64,000 nt of DNA. It comes from Aplysia californica. Its lineage: Eukaryota. The translations under genes and the position numbers were made by a program. Under the pieces are notes generated by a model. That model was not told the DNA's origin. It saw nothing but the letters and a program-made list of their open reading frames with translations, and searched no databases. Every line of letters starts with the position of its first letter. Position 1 is the stretch's first letter. This document shows positions 12,772-25,141 of the stretch, one piece after another. Where the stretch lies: contig NW_004797480.1 in NCBI RefSeq assembly GCF_000002075.1, forward strand, positions 734,001 through 798,000, given 5' to 3'.

Positions 12772-13636
12772 CAGTAGTCTCCCCCTAAGATCCCACCGCT
12801 TATGATCCCGGTTCGCTTAAGATCCCTCTGTTAAAAACACCCCAGAACTTTTACTATACAAAAGTCACCCCTAAGAGCCCGCATTTCTGATAATAATTTA
12901 CGGAATAAAAACTCGGGCAGGCACAGACGATCAACCGAGAGGGAAAAGTTGAGATCAATGAACTGCCCTACGTGTCAAAGATCAGCCACTCTCGTGAATG
13001 TGATCACATATATAAGTGTTGTAAAACTCGATGAAACGGTACAATGTTTGCCCCAGACGGGTCACACCAATGTGTGAACTGACCGACGCTTTTGTTTTCA
13101 CCAAACATTGCACTTGCATCTCAGCTCTCCACCTAAACTTACATCCCTTCGCTCCAGAAGGGATCACATCGAACTGTGAACTCTTCCCTGACCACTGCAG
13201 AAGTTTTCTCTATTCCCGAATTTGCGAGACAGACTGAATTTTAATTGGTGTGGTCACAACGTAATGGTGCGTAACGACAAAGGCGGGGGAACTTGATCAG
13301 AGATGGAAAGCTATAAATTTTTGACAGGTAAAGGGGAGGTGCAACTGGACAACCATAGATTTTGAGACGTACTATTGTGAAAATGGCACATCTCATGCCA
13401 CTATGCACTGTGATAGGTCATCAAGGTTAACCAGTCTTTGCTCGCGATATGTCATAAACCCACCCAGGTGTCAAGTCAGTTCATTTTAGAGTGGAGGGAG
13501 ACCATTTTACCAATGGTGAGTCTTAACATGGGTCAACATTGATTTTTCCCTGGGTAAGTCGGCTAAGATCCCAGTTCGCCTAAGATCCCGCATTTTCCTT
13601 GCTCTTGAGGACCGGAATCTTAGGCGGAAACTACTG
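12772..13636. mobile_element. Tc1/pogo-type MITE with TAAGATCCC subterminal repeats
   Basis: TIRs CAGTAGTCTCCCCCTAAGATCCC / GGAATCTTAGGCGGAAACTACTG|TA. A related right end lies at ~20680-20766 and a related element at 39925-41592. Confidence 0.8.
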
Positions 13637-16246
13637 TATATGGTGACTTGAAACCTTTAAAAAAAAGCATATATTGCCACAAAAATGGTCGTTTAGTGTT
13701 GGCAAAAAGCAAAACTGACACAGAAACAATAGAGTAAGGCTTAAAAAGTAGGATTTTCATAGAGGCATTCCCAACCGTCTGTGACCCGGTACATGACATA
13801 TAAATGAAAATAATCTAGCTCTCCTCATACAGAAACACATGTAATATGTTATTTTCAGCCAATGTTTATCAGTGCCATGATGAGACTACAGCACTGAATC
13901 TGATTTTCGTTTTTTAAAAGTTTTTTTTTGCATAAAACTTTGAATACACGATGATACATTCAAATATATTTGCTAACTAAAATAAAAGAAAGCAGGAAAA
14001 ATTAAACAACAGTCTGTAGTCTTCATCAGAAGCATTCTCCAATTGTTAACCCACAAAAGCAGAAAAAAAGGAGTTCATATATGGACTTCTACTTCTATAA
14101 CATATTAAGTTCAATGAAAGAATTTGGCATTCAACCAAACAAGATTGAAAGAAAGCATTAGAATTATAAAATTAATAGAAGAGAAAAAAGAAACAGGAGA
14201 AACAAACAATGGGCAAAATATAACAAAACATTACAGATTTTTATATTTAATATCCTTGAGGTTTCAGTTGTGTTGCAGGCCGACAATAACAAACATCACA
14301 ACAGCTGCTGCAAACACAAAGTGGTCTACTTGAGATATTCAGAAGAACTTGAAAATTTTCACACACAAGTTATAAAAATAAACCTGCAAGCTCCGTGCTA
14401 GTTTCAGTTGAACAGTGGAATATTCAAGTATAGGATATATATCGTTTTTATAAGAATTTTACAGTCCTGTACCAAATACACAATTAAAATAATTGACAAA
14501 AGATGAACAGCATTGTCAAACATGTATACACATGTAACCTACTAAACATTTTTGCACCTCCTCTCCCAATATAACACTATGATAACCTCTGAAAATAAAT
14601 CCCAAATTATTTCACTTGATAACTCATAATTTTGATAAATAACTGGAAGTCTCAAAACAGACAAATAATAAAGAAACAAGTTTCCTTTCATCGAGAGAGT
14701 TAATGCTCACAGTAAAATGTTCTTTGCTTTATCTTGCTAAACATATGGTCGCTTTTAAGGACAAGCGGGCTAACCCAGATTTCGGGGGTTTCCAAAAATC
14801 TTGCCCTACAACAAAATTGAGTATTGCCCTACCTGCTACCTATAGGAGAAGTTTGGTTACATTGATGGGTATATTTGCCTGGTTATAGAAAAAACTCTCC
14901 TTGTATTTTAATTTTAAAGAAACTGTACAAGGGTTCAAAAACTTTACTTTCGATTTTCTCAAAACAGCATTTTTCGGGATATCCCCCTTGTGCTTAAAAG
15001 CGAACACGTAAGGGTAAAAGTATTATTTATGAACAATTAGAAATGACTCTAAAACAACTGATAATTAGAGTGAAATTGCAGAGATCACACTTCATTTTAG
15101 CTGAATTCTATTTGATGTGTGGTCATGGTCAGTCGGAATTTCTACTCTGCCTCAATCAAGTGGACCCAGCAGGTCAGACAAATGCCAACCTCACTTCAGG
15201 ATAACAACAGAGCAGTAAAAATGGATACATTTTACATGTTTTCAGTTACCTAATCTGTGACAAACATGGAAGTACAACCATTATATTATAATATTGATAC
15301 TCCAAAATTGCCTGGACAACTCAGAATTCAAAGAAATCGAATTCATGTACAAAGGGCTGTGAAGGAACTGTCATACAATGGTGAAATTTCGAAAACGTGA
15401 TTTTTATCTTTCATGAACACTCACACTGCATGTGAAATTTTGGGAAAATCTGATGAGAAGTGTGAACTTCCAAATATTTTTTCTCAATGTAGTGCTTGAA
15501 TACTAAAAGACAACTCTATTTTCCTTGAGATGAATCGACACTTCAAAATTTGTTAAAGCTCAGCTCTACCATAATCATACAATGGCATTTCACCTGAGCA
15601 TCTGAAATTTGTGTGATGACAATTCCATCAACTTTATATAACTATAATATATCAATAGCAACACATAAAAACTCCCAAAACATACTCTTCTATATTCAGG
15701 AAAGCAGCTTCTTATAAACCGTGAAAGAAAAATCAGTTTGAAATTGTCTTTGATAGTTATAGGTACTTTCCATTTCTCTCAGTAAAAATTCAAAATATGT
15801 TTTATAATAATCAAGCATGGCACAGAATATTTTCCTTTAGAAAATCTTTACAAAATTGAGTCAGGTGAAATTGTATCTCTTATTACTGCTATCAGCAATG
15901 TCAGAAGGAACAGATCTTAACATCATGTTAAAGAGGTCAGTGCAGTTAAACAGGATGAGCCCTTAAGAATTAAAGCAACAAAGAAAACTTAAAGGCAGTC
16001 TGATTAAAAAGACAATATACAGAAAATAAAAATTTGAAAAAATTCATAAACTTCCCCAAAACTCTAACATTCTTTTGATACTGTTCCAAAAAATATCCTG
16101 CCAGAGTTCCTTATTTAGTGAGATCCTAATGAATCACACTCCTGATGTTGCACAGAAGTTTTAAAATTTTGTTGTAAAAGTTTATACCAACATAATTGGA
16201 AAAAATGAACACAACACAAAATGAAAAAAAGTGGTGAAAGGGCCCT

Positions 16247-16729
16247 CTACACTGAAGCAGCTATTGGAATGATTATGAAGAACAAAAGAAATCCCAGGCC
16301 AACGCTTGCATAAATACACCACACTGCCAATTTCAAGTCTTTTTGTGCCATGCCCATTAGGCCTTTAGATTGTTGTCGCTTTCCTCTTCTCGCATATCGG
16401 ACTGCCATTAGACCTGTGATAAAGAAGAGGAGGACGCTGAAATATGACGCAATCATCACCTGCTCGAAGGTTTTCCACGGCCGTGGAACGAGATCAGCTA
16501 GAGGAATGTGTCGTAAATTAATGTCACTTTGAGTAGTGTCCCTGTAAGGGTTTTCTGAAGAGTTGCTGAACTCTGGATCAGAGTATGTGGAGTAAGCACT
16601 TTTGTGATCCTGGCGATGTGCCCCAGATCCAATCAGAGACGCTGAAGCCTGTTCTGGCTCTGCTGGATGGTCGAAGTCATTGCCCGTTTCATCCCCTTGA
16701 GGAATCGGCTGATGGTCTGAGCGGTTCAT
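16247..16729 (-). CDS. CD225/dispanin (IFITM/PRRT/SynDIG-like) membrane protein, 160 aa, intronless CDS
   Basis: Disordered acidic N-terminus, then PRPWK..MIASYFSVLLFFITGLMAVRYA, a basic loop ..G..GMAQK.. and a C-terminal TM helix (AVWCIYASVGLGFLLFFIIIPIAASV): CD225 topology. Good Kozak (GCCATG). Splice acceptor ctctctcacag ends at 16746. Confidence 0.8.
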   Translation of the reverse strand: MNRSDHQPIPQGDETGNDFDHPAEPEQASASLIGSGAHRQDHKSAYSTYSDPEFSNSSENPYRDTTQSDINLRHIPLADLVPRPWKTFEQVMIASYFSVLLFFITGLMAVRYARRGKRQQSKGLMGMAQKDLKLAVWCIYASVGLGFLLFFIIIPIAASV

Positions 16730-17672
16730 GGCTCTATCAAAAAACCTGTGAGAGAGTTATAAATTACAATATCAGAACAAAACACAGTTCAGTAGAGCAC
16801 GTTTTTTCGCTAATGTACAAAAATACTATTTCTACATGTGCTGAAATATCACAATTATAATATAAAAATAATGTAGAGGCATACAAGATAGAGTAGATAC
16901 AAATATAGATTGTGTCACATTCTCTTGACAAGAATAATGTATAACACGACTGTCAGAATCTAAAAAAGAAACAGNNNNNNNNNNNNNNNNNNNNNNNNNN
17001 NNNNNNNNNNNNNNNNNNNNNNNNNNNNNNNNNNNNNNNNNNNNNNNNNNNNNNNNNNNNNNNNNNNNNNNNNNNNNNNNNNNNNNNNNNNNNNNNNNNN
17101 NNNNNNNNNNNNNNNNACAGTATAGTATGTCTTTCTCTTGAGACAGCAACAACATACAAGGCTACTGAAGACTATAAACAGACAAACTGATGGTTCAAAA
17201 TCAGAAGTTTTAAAAATTTGACTTGCAACAAAAATGAGGCAGTTTGCAACCTAGTGTTTGTTTTACCATGCCACTCGGTCTTCATTGTCTAATATTCTTT
17301 ATCCTTGCACAAAATGAGCAACCAACCCCCCCCCCAAATAAAGCAACTACAACAGAAAAAACTTTCTTACACTCTTCCACCCCCCCAGGGCTCCCCTTTT
17401 CAGGCCAACTTATGAGGTTCCTTCACCCTTTGGTTTACTATCTTAAGGGGTATTTAAACCCTTGTTTTAGAAACTTAAAGGGTAAAAGTCAATATCTCAT
17501 TATTTTATATTAAGACTTTTTGCTTGTAAACTTTTAGTATAGTATGGGGTTTTACGGCGCTCGCAACTGCATAAGGTTATTTGTAAACATTTAACTCACA
17601 CGCACATTCACACTGACACATACAGAGTGACCATGACTATGATTGAATGCTAACGATTTTTAATTAACTTAA

Positions 17673-17909
17673 CCCTATCCGTACGCCCTGGGGTCATTTT
17701 GTACACCCGGGGTGGTATTCTTCACATTTCAGAATACTTCTAGTACGAAGATCTCTTTGAACTTTTCAGTACTTCTTAAAAAATTTTGACAGACTGCTCT
17801 GCAAAGCGTACGGATAGGATTAACAAATAAATTTCCTCTTTGGAAAGTGGTGGCACAGGGTTCCCCACGTTGTATGGATACGATAGTAAAACACGACGTA
17901 TGGATAGGG
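17673..17909. mobile_element. piggyBac-type MITE, copy 1
   Basis: TTAA|CCCTATCCGTACG ... CGTATGGATAGGG|TTAA. Homologous copy at 34168-34413. Confidence 0.85.
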
Positions 17910-19533
17910 TTAAGAAATAAATGAGTAATATTGACTAGAATTAGAGCTGTGTCCATAAGGAAGGGGGAAGAGTGGTGGTGGTTGAGCAGTTGGGCCTATC
18001 AAAATAAAGTTGATAAACCAAAAGGGGTCAATTCCGACTGTAATACACCAAGAAAAACAGACCTTCCACTCTATGAACTCTAAAAGTCAGGATCTCAGTG
18101 GGGAAAAAATTGGGACTAGGTGAACAAAATCGGGATCAACGACAAATCACCTAGGTCACTGCCAAGCCGACTGAAAAAAATTTCAGGGGTGTCCATTATT
18201 ATATATCTCTATGTATATTCCCTCTGCCCGCGCACGCGTGTGTGTGGAGTATGTGTGTGTTTGTGTGTGCGCACGCGTGCCTGTGAGTGTTTTATCATTA
18301 TATTTTAAATCCTGAAGTATTAAGTCAAGCTCTTCTAGTCCAAGTGTTTTACAACCCCACCCCCCCCCCCCCCCCCGGATAAGTCCCGAAAGACGCTTCA
18401 ACCACTGCACATGAAATTAAATTGACCAAGTCAAAGGACGGTCCCCGCAACACGCGGAACTCACATGCTGAAGTCAAGTCACACAGTGCGATCGCGCGAT
18501 TGAAACAGTTTTACTGACGGTCTTGATGACGGGCTCAACTAACCGGAACTTGGACAAAGCATGTTTTGGCGAAAGTAGATCTTGAGAATGTCTTAAGTCA
18601 GACGGCCAAATCAATACCACTTCCATTATACCTGAAATAACACGTGTGAGCAAAGATCCAACACCACTTTTGGTGAGTCAACTACTAAATTCAACATAGA
18701 CAGAAATGAAGGCAGAGAAAGATAGAAAAAAATCCTGCACAACAGACGGAACAACAAAAAACAAAAAAAACCCAAACAACCCGGGTACGTGCGATCAAAA
18801 TCTGGAAAATCTGGATGCTTGAGAGATTTAAGACAGGGATGAGAGGAAGGTTTGGAAAATAAACTGATTCATTATTCTTCAACGCCATCCCAGGGTTCAC
18901 ATTCCAGTCTTTCCAGACTTTCAATGGTGGACAATTCATGTTTATTAGCGTATTAAAGAAGGATGGTGGTAATCTCACGGCAGGGGTAAACTCGAGGCAA
19001 GACACCGGCAAATGTGAGCGACCGACCAGAATGTGGGTGGAGCTTCTGTGCTGAAGCCAGCCGAATAAGTAGGTCGACTAGTCGACTTCTTCTGAGACAG
19101 AAGGTGACTGTCTTATCAAATCATCGACTCGGCTTCGGGATAGATCATAGAGAAGGGGGAAAATGATGCTTGCCAGACGCAGACCACCGAGTTTTAAAGT
19201 GTATGCAAACCCCCGAAATGAAATTATAAAGAATAAAGCTCACGCATCACCAGAACTTTAAGGGGGTAATCAGCAGGTTTAATGTGTATACGCACATTTG
19301 TGCGTAAAGGGGAGCCATGACCCACCCCCCTTTCTTTCAAAAGAAAACAAAAAACCCTTTTGAATTCGCCCTACGGCAGTCCCAAGCCTGAATCAGCTCC
19401 GGCTTGGACTTCAGAAGGGAATGGTTTACTTTCTTCATTTTGATCAGTCCTGCCTATGATGGCCACCTTCCTCCATGACAATGGGTAGCCGTTTTACACA
19501 GGTTCGACTGCAGTAAATTACAGGTCAAAGTTA

Positions 19534-20188
19534 TTAGCTCTTTTCAGACGTATCGCCGATATATTGGTGCGAGTCCACACTCCTTGCGGACGTATCACCG
19601 ACAGCTGTGATAGGGTGCCTCAGTATTGTTTCGTTTTAACACGATCCGTCATTTATAATTACTTTTTATTGCTATTGAAAAACTCGGAAAGGATTTAGGA
19701 AACGAAAACATCTAGTTTCACTTTTTCAAAGCGTGGGTTTGGGGAAAAAAAGAGTGAATTAGTTCTTGCGGTCTTGCATCAACAAAATGATGTAACCGGA
19801 CTCAGTACAAAAATTCAAACAAAAATTGGAATATTGCTTTCAAATAAAAAACTGCGCATTCACAAATTTATGGATTTATGCTCTTGGCCTGTATGAAGGA
19901 TAACTATGCTGATTTGCTGTCACAAGTTTGGCTCACAATGTTATTTTTTCTGTCAAAATTTATTTTTCTCATCACCATCGCCATTTTTAACCCTTCTAAT
20001 GCATTGTTCAAAATTAATCCTTGTTTCATATTGGGATGTATTCCTAATTCAATTTCCTTCAATTTGATCATTAAGTTTTGAGTGATGGTTATCTAAGAAG
20101 TTATTTTGAACACCACCTGCATAGCCAAATTGAGCCACAAGTTAAATATGTCTAGACGCCCCAAAAAACTACGTCCGGAAAGAGTATA
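19534..20188. mobile_element. degenerate TIR element (unclassified)
   Basis: Ends TAGCTCTTTTCAGACGTA and TACGTCCGGAAAGAGTATA are imperfect inverted repeats. Confidence 0.4.
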
Positions 20189-20991
20189 GTGACTAAAGAC
20201 TTTGCAAGTTACCATAACCCCGTAGAGCGTCTCCTGGCCAAGGTATAGATCGATAAAGTGACACGGTCCAGCAGAGCGACTAGATCTACATGATGTTATA
20301 TAATCACTTGTTCCGCTGTGCTAATTTTATGTACTAATTGTTAATTTAATTGCGTCTTGCGCTTTCTTTGTATTTATTTGATTGCTTATTATTTTTGAAA
20401 GGCTCATTCTATCAGCTTTTCCTTAAGAAAAGATATAAATTATATGCCTTTTTTAAACATCTGTTGAGTCGTAAAAGGTCATTTTTCAGTAGAAGAGGCA
20501 GATCTAAATCTCCGGTATCTCAGCTGACATGTCCCCGCCAAACCCCCATGTTTACAACCAATTGGATGTGGTGGCATGGCATTTTGGGCAGGTGAGGCTA
20601 CTTCCGGTGAGCGCTTCTGGGTTAACGTGGGCGGGTCACCATATAGAGAGTCTTACCCTGGCCTGGAGCGCCCGCTCAGAGTAAGATCCCGTTTGCGTAA
20701 GTCGTAAGATCCCACCTCTTCCGTGCTCCCGAGCACCGGAATCTTAGGCGGAGACTACATCTACTGTACAGTGTACTTCTACTTCTACACATGACATATG
20801 ATATGATGACTTGTTAAGCTGTTAGCCTACTCTTTGACTTTACTTTGAGTCTAGAATCTAGTAGTGTGTTACTCTGGAATCATCATTCTATGACATGAAT
20901 GAAGTCTACAAATTACAAAGTCAATCAATGATTCTTATACTTATAACCAACTGAATACGAATGCTTCTAAAAAGGAAAGACTTTGACGTAC

Positions 20992-21080
20992 CTGGCTGAC
21001 GCACGAAGATGAGATATCAAAATATTGGAAAGCACCACGCATGCAGAGGGCTTTGTTTACAAACAGTGCAGTACACGCAT
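20992..21080 (-). other. putative non-coding first exon of the CD225 gene
   Basis: Minus-strand donor CAG|GTACGT (intron starts at 20991), next to an ETS-like CGGAAGT (~21081) and an NRF1-like CGCATGC motif. The upstream limit is approximate. Confidence 0.45.
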
Positions 21081-21532
21081 CGGAAGTAGATCTTCTAGGC
21101 CTCTACTCCTTTTTGCACAAAGCTAGGCTAGCTAGGGACGGAGGCGATGGAGCAGTAATCGGGGCATTTCATTAACTCAAAAAAATAATTCAGGCATTCG
21201 TTTTGCTCTTCACCAAATACATTTTTAGGCTACAAAACCATGTATCCATCAATAACTTTTAATTTTATTCTACTTGTTTTGAACACTTTCAAATGTTTAC
21301 ATACTTATTTTCGATTGAAAATAATGTTTAAATAATTTTCAATGAGTTGACCCCGTATCCTTCATACGAAGGGAAACAACTCCCAACAAATCCATTTTTT
21401 TGCCGTTTGGCGTTTGTTTGGTTACAAAAGCATGACTTTGAGATACATATTTCGTCATTGACACGAACGGCTCATAGCAAGTAATTTCCCTCGGTTTTTT
21501 TTTTCAGAACTGCTTGCTGCCCAGCATCTACC
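21000..21532. promoter_or_regulatory. putative bidirectional promoter (CD225 gene / COX17) including the COX17 non-coding exon 1
   Basis: Opposite-strand 5' splice donors at 20991 (-) and 21533 (+, CC|GTAAGT), about 540 bp apart. CpG-richer sequence; (TAGATC)n runs just inside the COX17 first intron. Confidence 0.5.
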
Positions 21533-21552
21533 GTAAGTGCGTTTATTTATTA

Positions 21553-22007
21553 TTTAGATCTAGGTCTAGATCTAGATCTAGATCTAAACGTTGTCGTTGT
21601 CACTGACACTGTCATTACTGTTGTGTGTTTCTTGCGAGTGTCAGAGCTTTGTTGGGAATGCCGGGTACACATTGTTGAATCAACGATTTGACGATGAAGA
21701 GGACTTACCCTTCCGTTGTCAAGTCTACCAGAGATCAACCTTGATTCTGTTGACCAACGACTGACCCGTTGCCAACGTCCATTCCATCTCCACCATGATC
21801 TCAAACTAGATCTCTAAGATTTCTAGATTTAGCTTCATATGAATGAAGTTGTTAGCACTTCTGAACTGCACTCTTCAACTTCAAGTAGATCTAGATCTAG
21901 ATCTAGTCTAGATCTCATGAGTCATTCAATTTCCAGTGAAAATCTCGCTTACTCACCCTGACTAGATCTAGAATCTAGATCTAGATCTAGACCTAGACCT
22001 AGATCTA
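21553..22007. repeat. clusters of self-complementary (TAGATC)n hexamer repeats
   Basis: Runs at ~21555-21587, ~21886-21915 and ~21962-22007. Confidence 0.85.
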
Positions 22008-22064
22008 CCCTTTTTACCATACACACTTTTGTTTTCTGCTTTGCTGACATTTTTCATTTTATAA

Positions 22065-25000
22065 ACGAAGTGACTATTCGGACTCGAGTCCGATATGAAA
22101 AAATGTTATTCGGACTCTGATTTTTGTCCAGCATGACATCATTTCTGACTTCCTGTGACTCGTGACTCCGGCTTCCTGTCCTGCCTCACTCGTAACTCGC
22201 CTCAGGCTGGGTAGAGACCGTGATCACTTTGGGCAAAATGACTATTTGTGCGGGAGCCGATTTTTTATCTTATGTTGAATTTGAGGCCAGCCTGAAAAGT
22301 TATAGCGCTTAAAGTAAATAATTATTTGTCAAAAGGTCTTCAGAAGCAATTAAAGATGGCTCGTTAGCGTGTGTCGGGGTCGAATGGGCGGCCTGCACAC
22401 GTGTGGCTGTGTGTGCGTGTCGGGGAGGGGGCACTAGCGGTCCGGGCATTGAACGTTGCATACGAGTCAGTCTTTTTTCCCCCCGGCAACTGATCATTGT
22501 TACAATAATAAGCTAGTCTTGACGTAGATCTACGTAATGAATTGTGCGCTGGTTTATGGAATCAAAAGTTGCCGTATGCTCGTCTCTACACAGCAACACA
22601 ACTTTTTCTTGGTAAACAATCGAGATGACACAGGCTTGTGTATTTGAACGAATCTGTCTTTTTTTCTACACACAGCTCGTAATATGCAGGCATTTCAGGC
22701 ACTACTTGTGTAGCAATGCCCACTGAGCGCGTTTTGTTCTGCCGATTTTTGTCCCCCGCAGCGGGGGTGTTTCGTGGGACGCACTAACGCAAAGTTTGTT
22801 GTCTTCAACTCGCTCTCACGCCGCTTCTCGTAAATGGATATGAATGAAACTTGGCAGCCAATCAGAAAAGAGGTCAATCTCGTAGTATGCTGTTTGTCAA
22901 CATTGTACCCATCCAAGAAGTAGTCGAAAACGTTTGCGAAAGTGGTTGATGTGGTGCGCTTTGAAGATTTTTCGGAGCTGTGATTTGTCAAACTGACTGA
23001 TACTTTGTACACCATTTTTCTTTATTCCCTTAAAATTTCGTACTTCTGTGTTTAGCGGTTTTCGCCTAATCTTAAAAAATGTGGGAGTAACTAAGGGATA
23101 AAGCGGCATTGCCGTTTGCGCGTGCTGGGTGAACGACCGGCGGCTGGGAAATTTCCACTGAATCAGAGTGACGTCATCAGCCATCGGTCGCCTCAGGCGC
23201 TACAAACGAGGCCCTGCTTATGTGAACCGGAAAGGGGGAGGAAGGATACACTTGGAAACTAAACAGGGGCCTTGATAACTTGCGTTTTTGTTGCATTTTA
23301 GTCAATAGATGTAGTCATTTTTATTTGCTTGATTGTATGACAGAAGAATAGAAACAGAAAAGCAAACATCTTGAGAAGTGGTATGGCATTGTGTTTGCAT
23401 TTTATGAAAGCCTATTCCCCCCTCTTGGGAAAGCACACACTTGGACTCGTCCTGTGTGCTCTGTTTGGAAAAGTGAGGCATTAAGATTGTTATTAAAGAG
23501 TATGGTACTTATTTAGTCCAGTCTGGGAAGATAGTCCCGTTTATACATTGTTATCGTTCACGCGTGCATGTGTGTGTGTGTGTGCGTGCGTGACAGAGAG
23601 AGAGAGAGAAAAGGGGGGGGGGGGTGTAAATATGTTACATTTATTGTATAAGTTGTAGCCTACATATGCGAAATATTCCCATGACTTGTAAACTATATTA
23701 TCTGAACGCGTCTTAATCTACCACACAATAGGACACTATCCAACAATGGATACACAGAGACGATCTTATTTGTAAACTATATTATCTGAACGCGTCTTAA
23801 TCTACCACACAATAGGACACTATCCAACAATGGATACACTTTTTGTGACAAATTGATCCAGAGCGCATTGCTTGGCAAGGAGGAACCTTTTATGTTGCCA
23901 AGTTTCATTAATCCAGCTCTCTACTTACTTTTTGTGACAAATTGATCCAGAGCATTGCTTGGCAAGGAGGAACCTTTTATGTTGCCAAGTTTCATTCAAA
24001 TATCATGACTTTGTGAGAACATATATGATTGATAATCTTTGTAAACCTGTAAAGAACGCCACTTTTTTACCTGTTAATGTCTTTAAAACTCAAAAAGTAT
24101 GACAGATAATAAAAATCTGACAGCATGACTAGATTCTGCATTAAAAAATGTACTAGACTGCCAAGTTTCATTTACATATTCCAAGAAATAGGCGAGCTAT
24201 GACAAATATTGTCTCGAAACGCACCGAAAACGGCCACATTTTTACCTATAAACGTCTTCATAACTCAAATAATAGGATAGCTATGAAAAATCTGAAAGCA
24301 GGACTAGATTCTGCACTAGAAAATGTACTGGGTTGCCAAGTTTCTTTTAAATACTCCAAGAAATGAGCGAGTTATGACGAATATTGTCTCAAAACTCACC
24401 AAAGAACGTCCCATGTTTTGGGTTTTTTCATTATATAAAAGTGTACCAAAAATTAATTGATTAAAAAATTCGTAACTTTTTTGTTTATTGATGGATTTCA
24501 AAAATTCAAAAAGTTACATGCTCTGTGAAGATACAGCTACAAAATGCACCTATTTGCAAACACTTTCTGGCAAAAAAAGGTTTTTCGTGGTCATTGCTAA
24601 CTTGTGGCTATTACTTGCTCAGTGCTTGTAATTATCTACACAAAACCTCGTGTTTGCTATAACGAACACTCGGATTCAACGAGCTTTTAGGTCAAGCCCA
24701 ATGACCTTGTTGAATCCGAGTTCCACTGTATAGAGTAGAGTAGATATTTATCTCCAGGCAAATCACTGTCGTCGCAAAGAGACATGGTGGCTTTAAGACG
24801 AGGAATCTCCTGTACAAAATTTGGACGATTGAACGATGGTTGGGAGACTCTGTCGAGAAATCAAGCGTGGCTTGATATTTTCTGTGCTATCATGTTCAGA
24901 TTTGAGGGAGACGCGCTGTGACGAAGATTCATTTTGAAATTTGCTGCTGCGTAGAATTAAACTCAAGACTCTAAATTTTTAAAATAATTATCGAACGTCA

Positions 25001-25141
25001 AAACTGATTTCATATTCCAATAAATATTGGAAATATTTAGGAACAAGGGTCAGAATTCGGAAGGGACGTCATGCTGGACTCGATTCAGAGTCTGAATATA
25101 ATTTTTGTTTCATCGGACTCGAGTCTGAATAGTCACTTCGT
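22065..25141. mobile_element. ~3.1 kb non-autonomous element with ~80-bp terminal inverted repeats in COX17 intron 1 (unclassified; contains nested repeats)
   Basis: Left ACGAAGTGACTATTCGGACTCGAGTCCGAT...CCAGCATGAC; right end is the reverse complement (...ATCGGACTCGAGTCTGAATAGTCACTTCGT). A third degenerate end lies at ~25230-25312. Confidence 0.7.
23688..24420. repeat. tandem duplications / minisatellite (CCAAGTTTCATT-type units)
   Basis: A ~70-bp unit is duplicated (23688, 23770), a second ~70-bp unit is duplicated (23838, 23927), and a ~180-bp unit is duplicated (~24050, ~24230). Confidence 0.8.

Noticed and set aside
14759-15962. Kolobok-type element (TTAA|GG ... CC|TTAA)
   Set aside because: The putative ends are not convincingly complementary beyond 2 nt.
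21860-22405. Metal-response elements (TGCRCNC) regulating COX17
   Set aside because: Only about two scattered 7-mer matches, expected by chance, and one is inside a repeat.
22695-23184. Two ~100-aa minus-strand ORFs as a gene or transposase
   Set aside because: No recognisable motifs or splice structure; they lie inside a TIR-bounded repeat.
23688-23997. CRISPR-like repeat-spacer array
   Set aside because: Only two copies of each ~70-bp unit, short spacers, no cas genes and a eukaryotic intron context.
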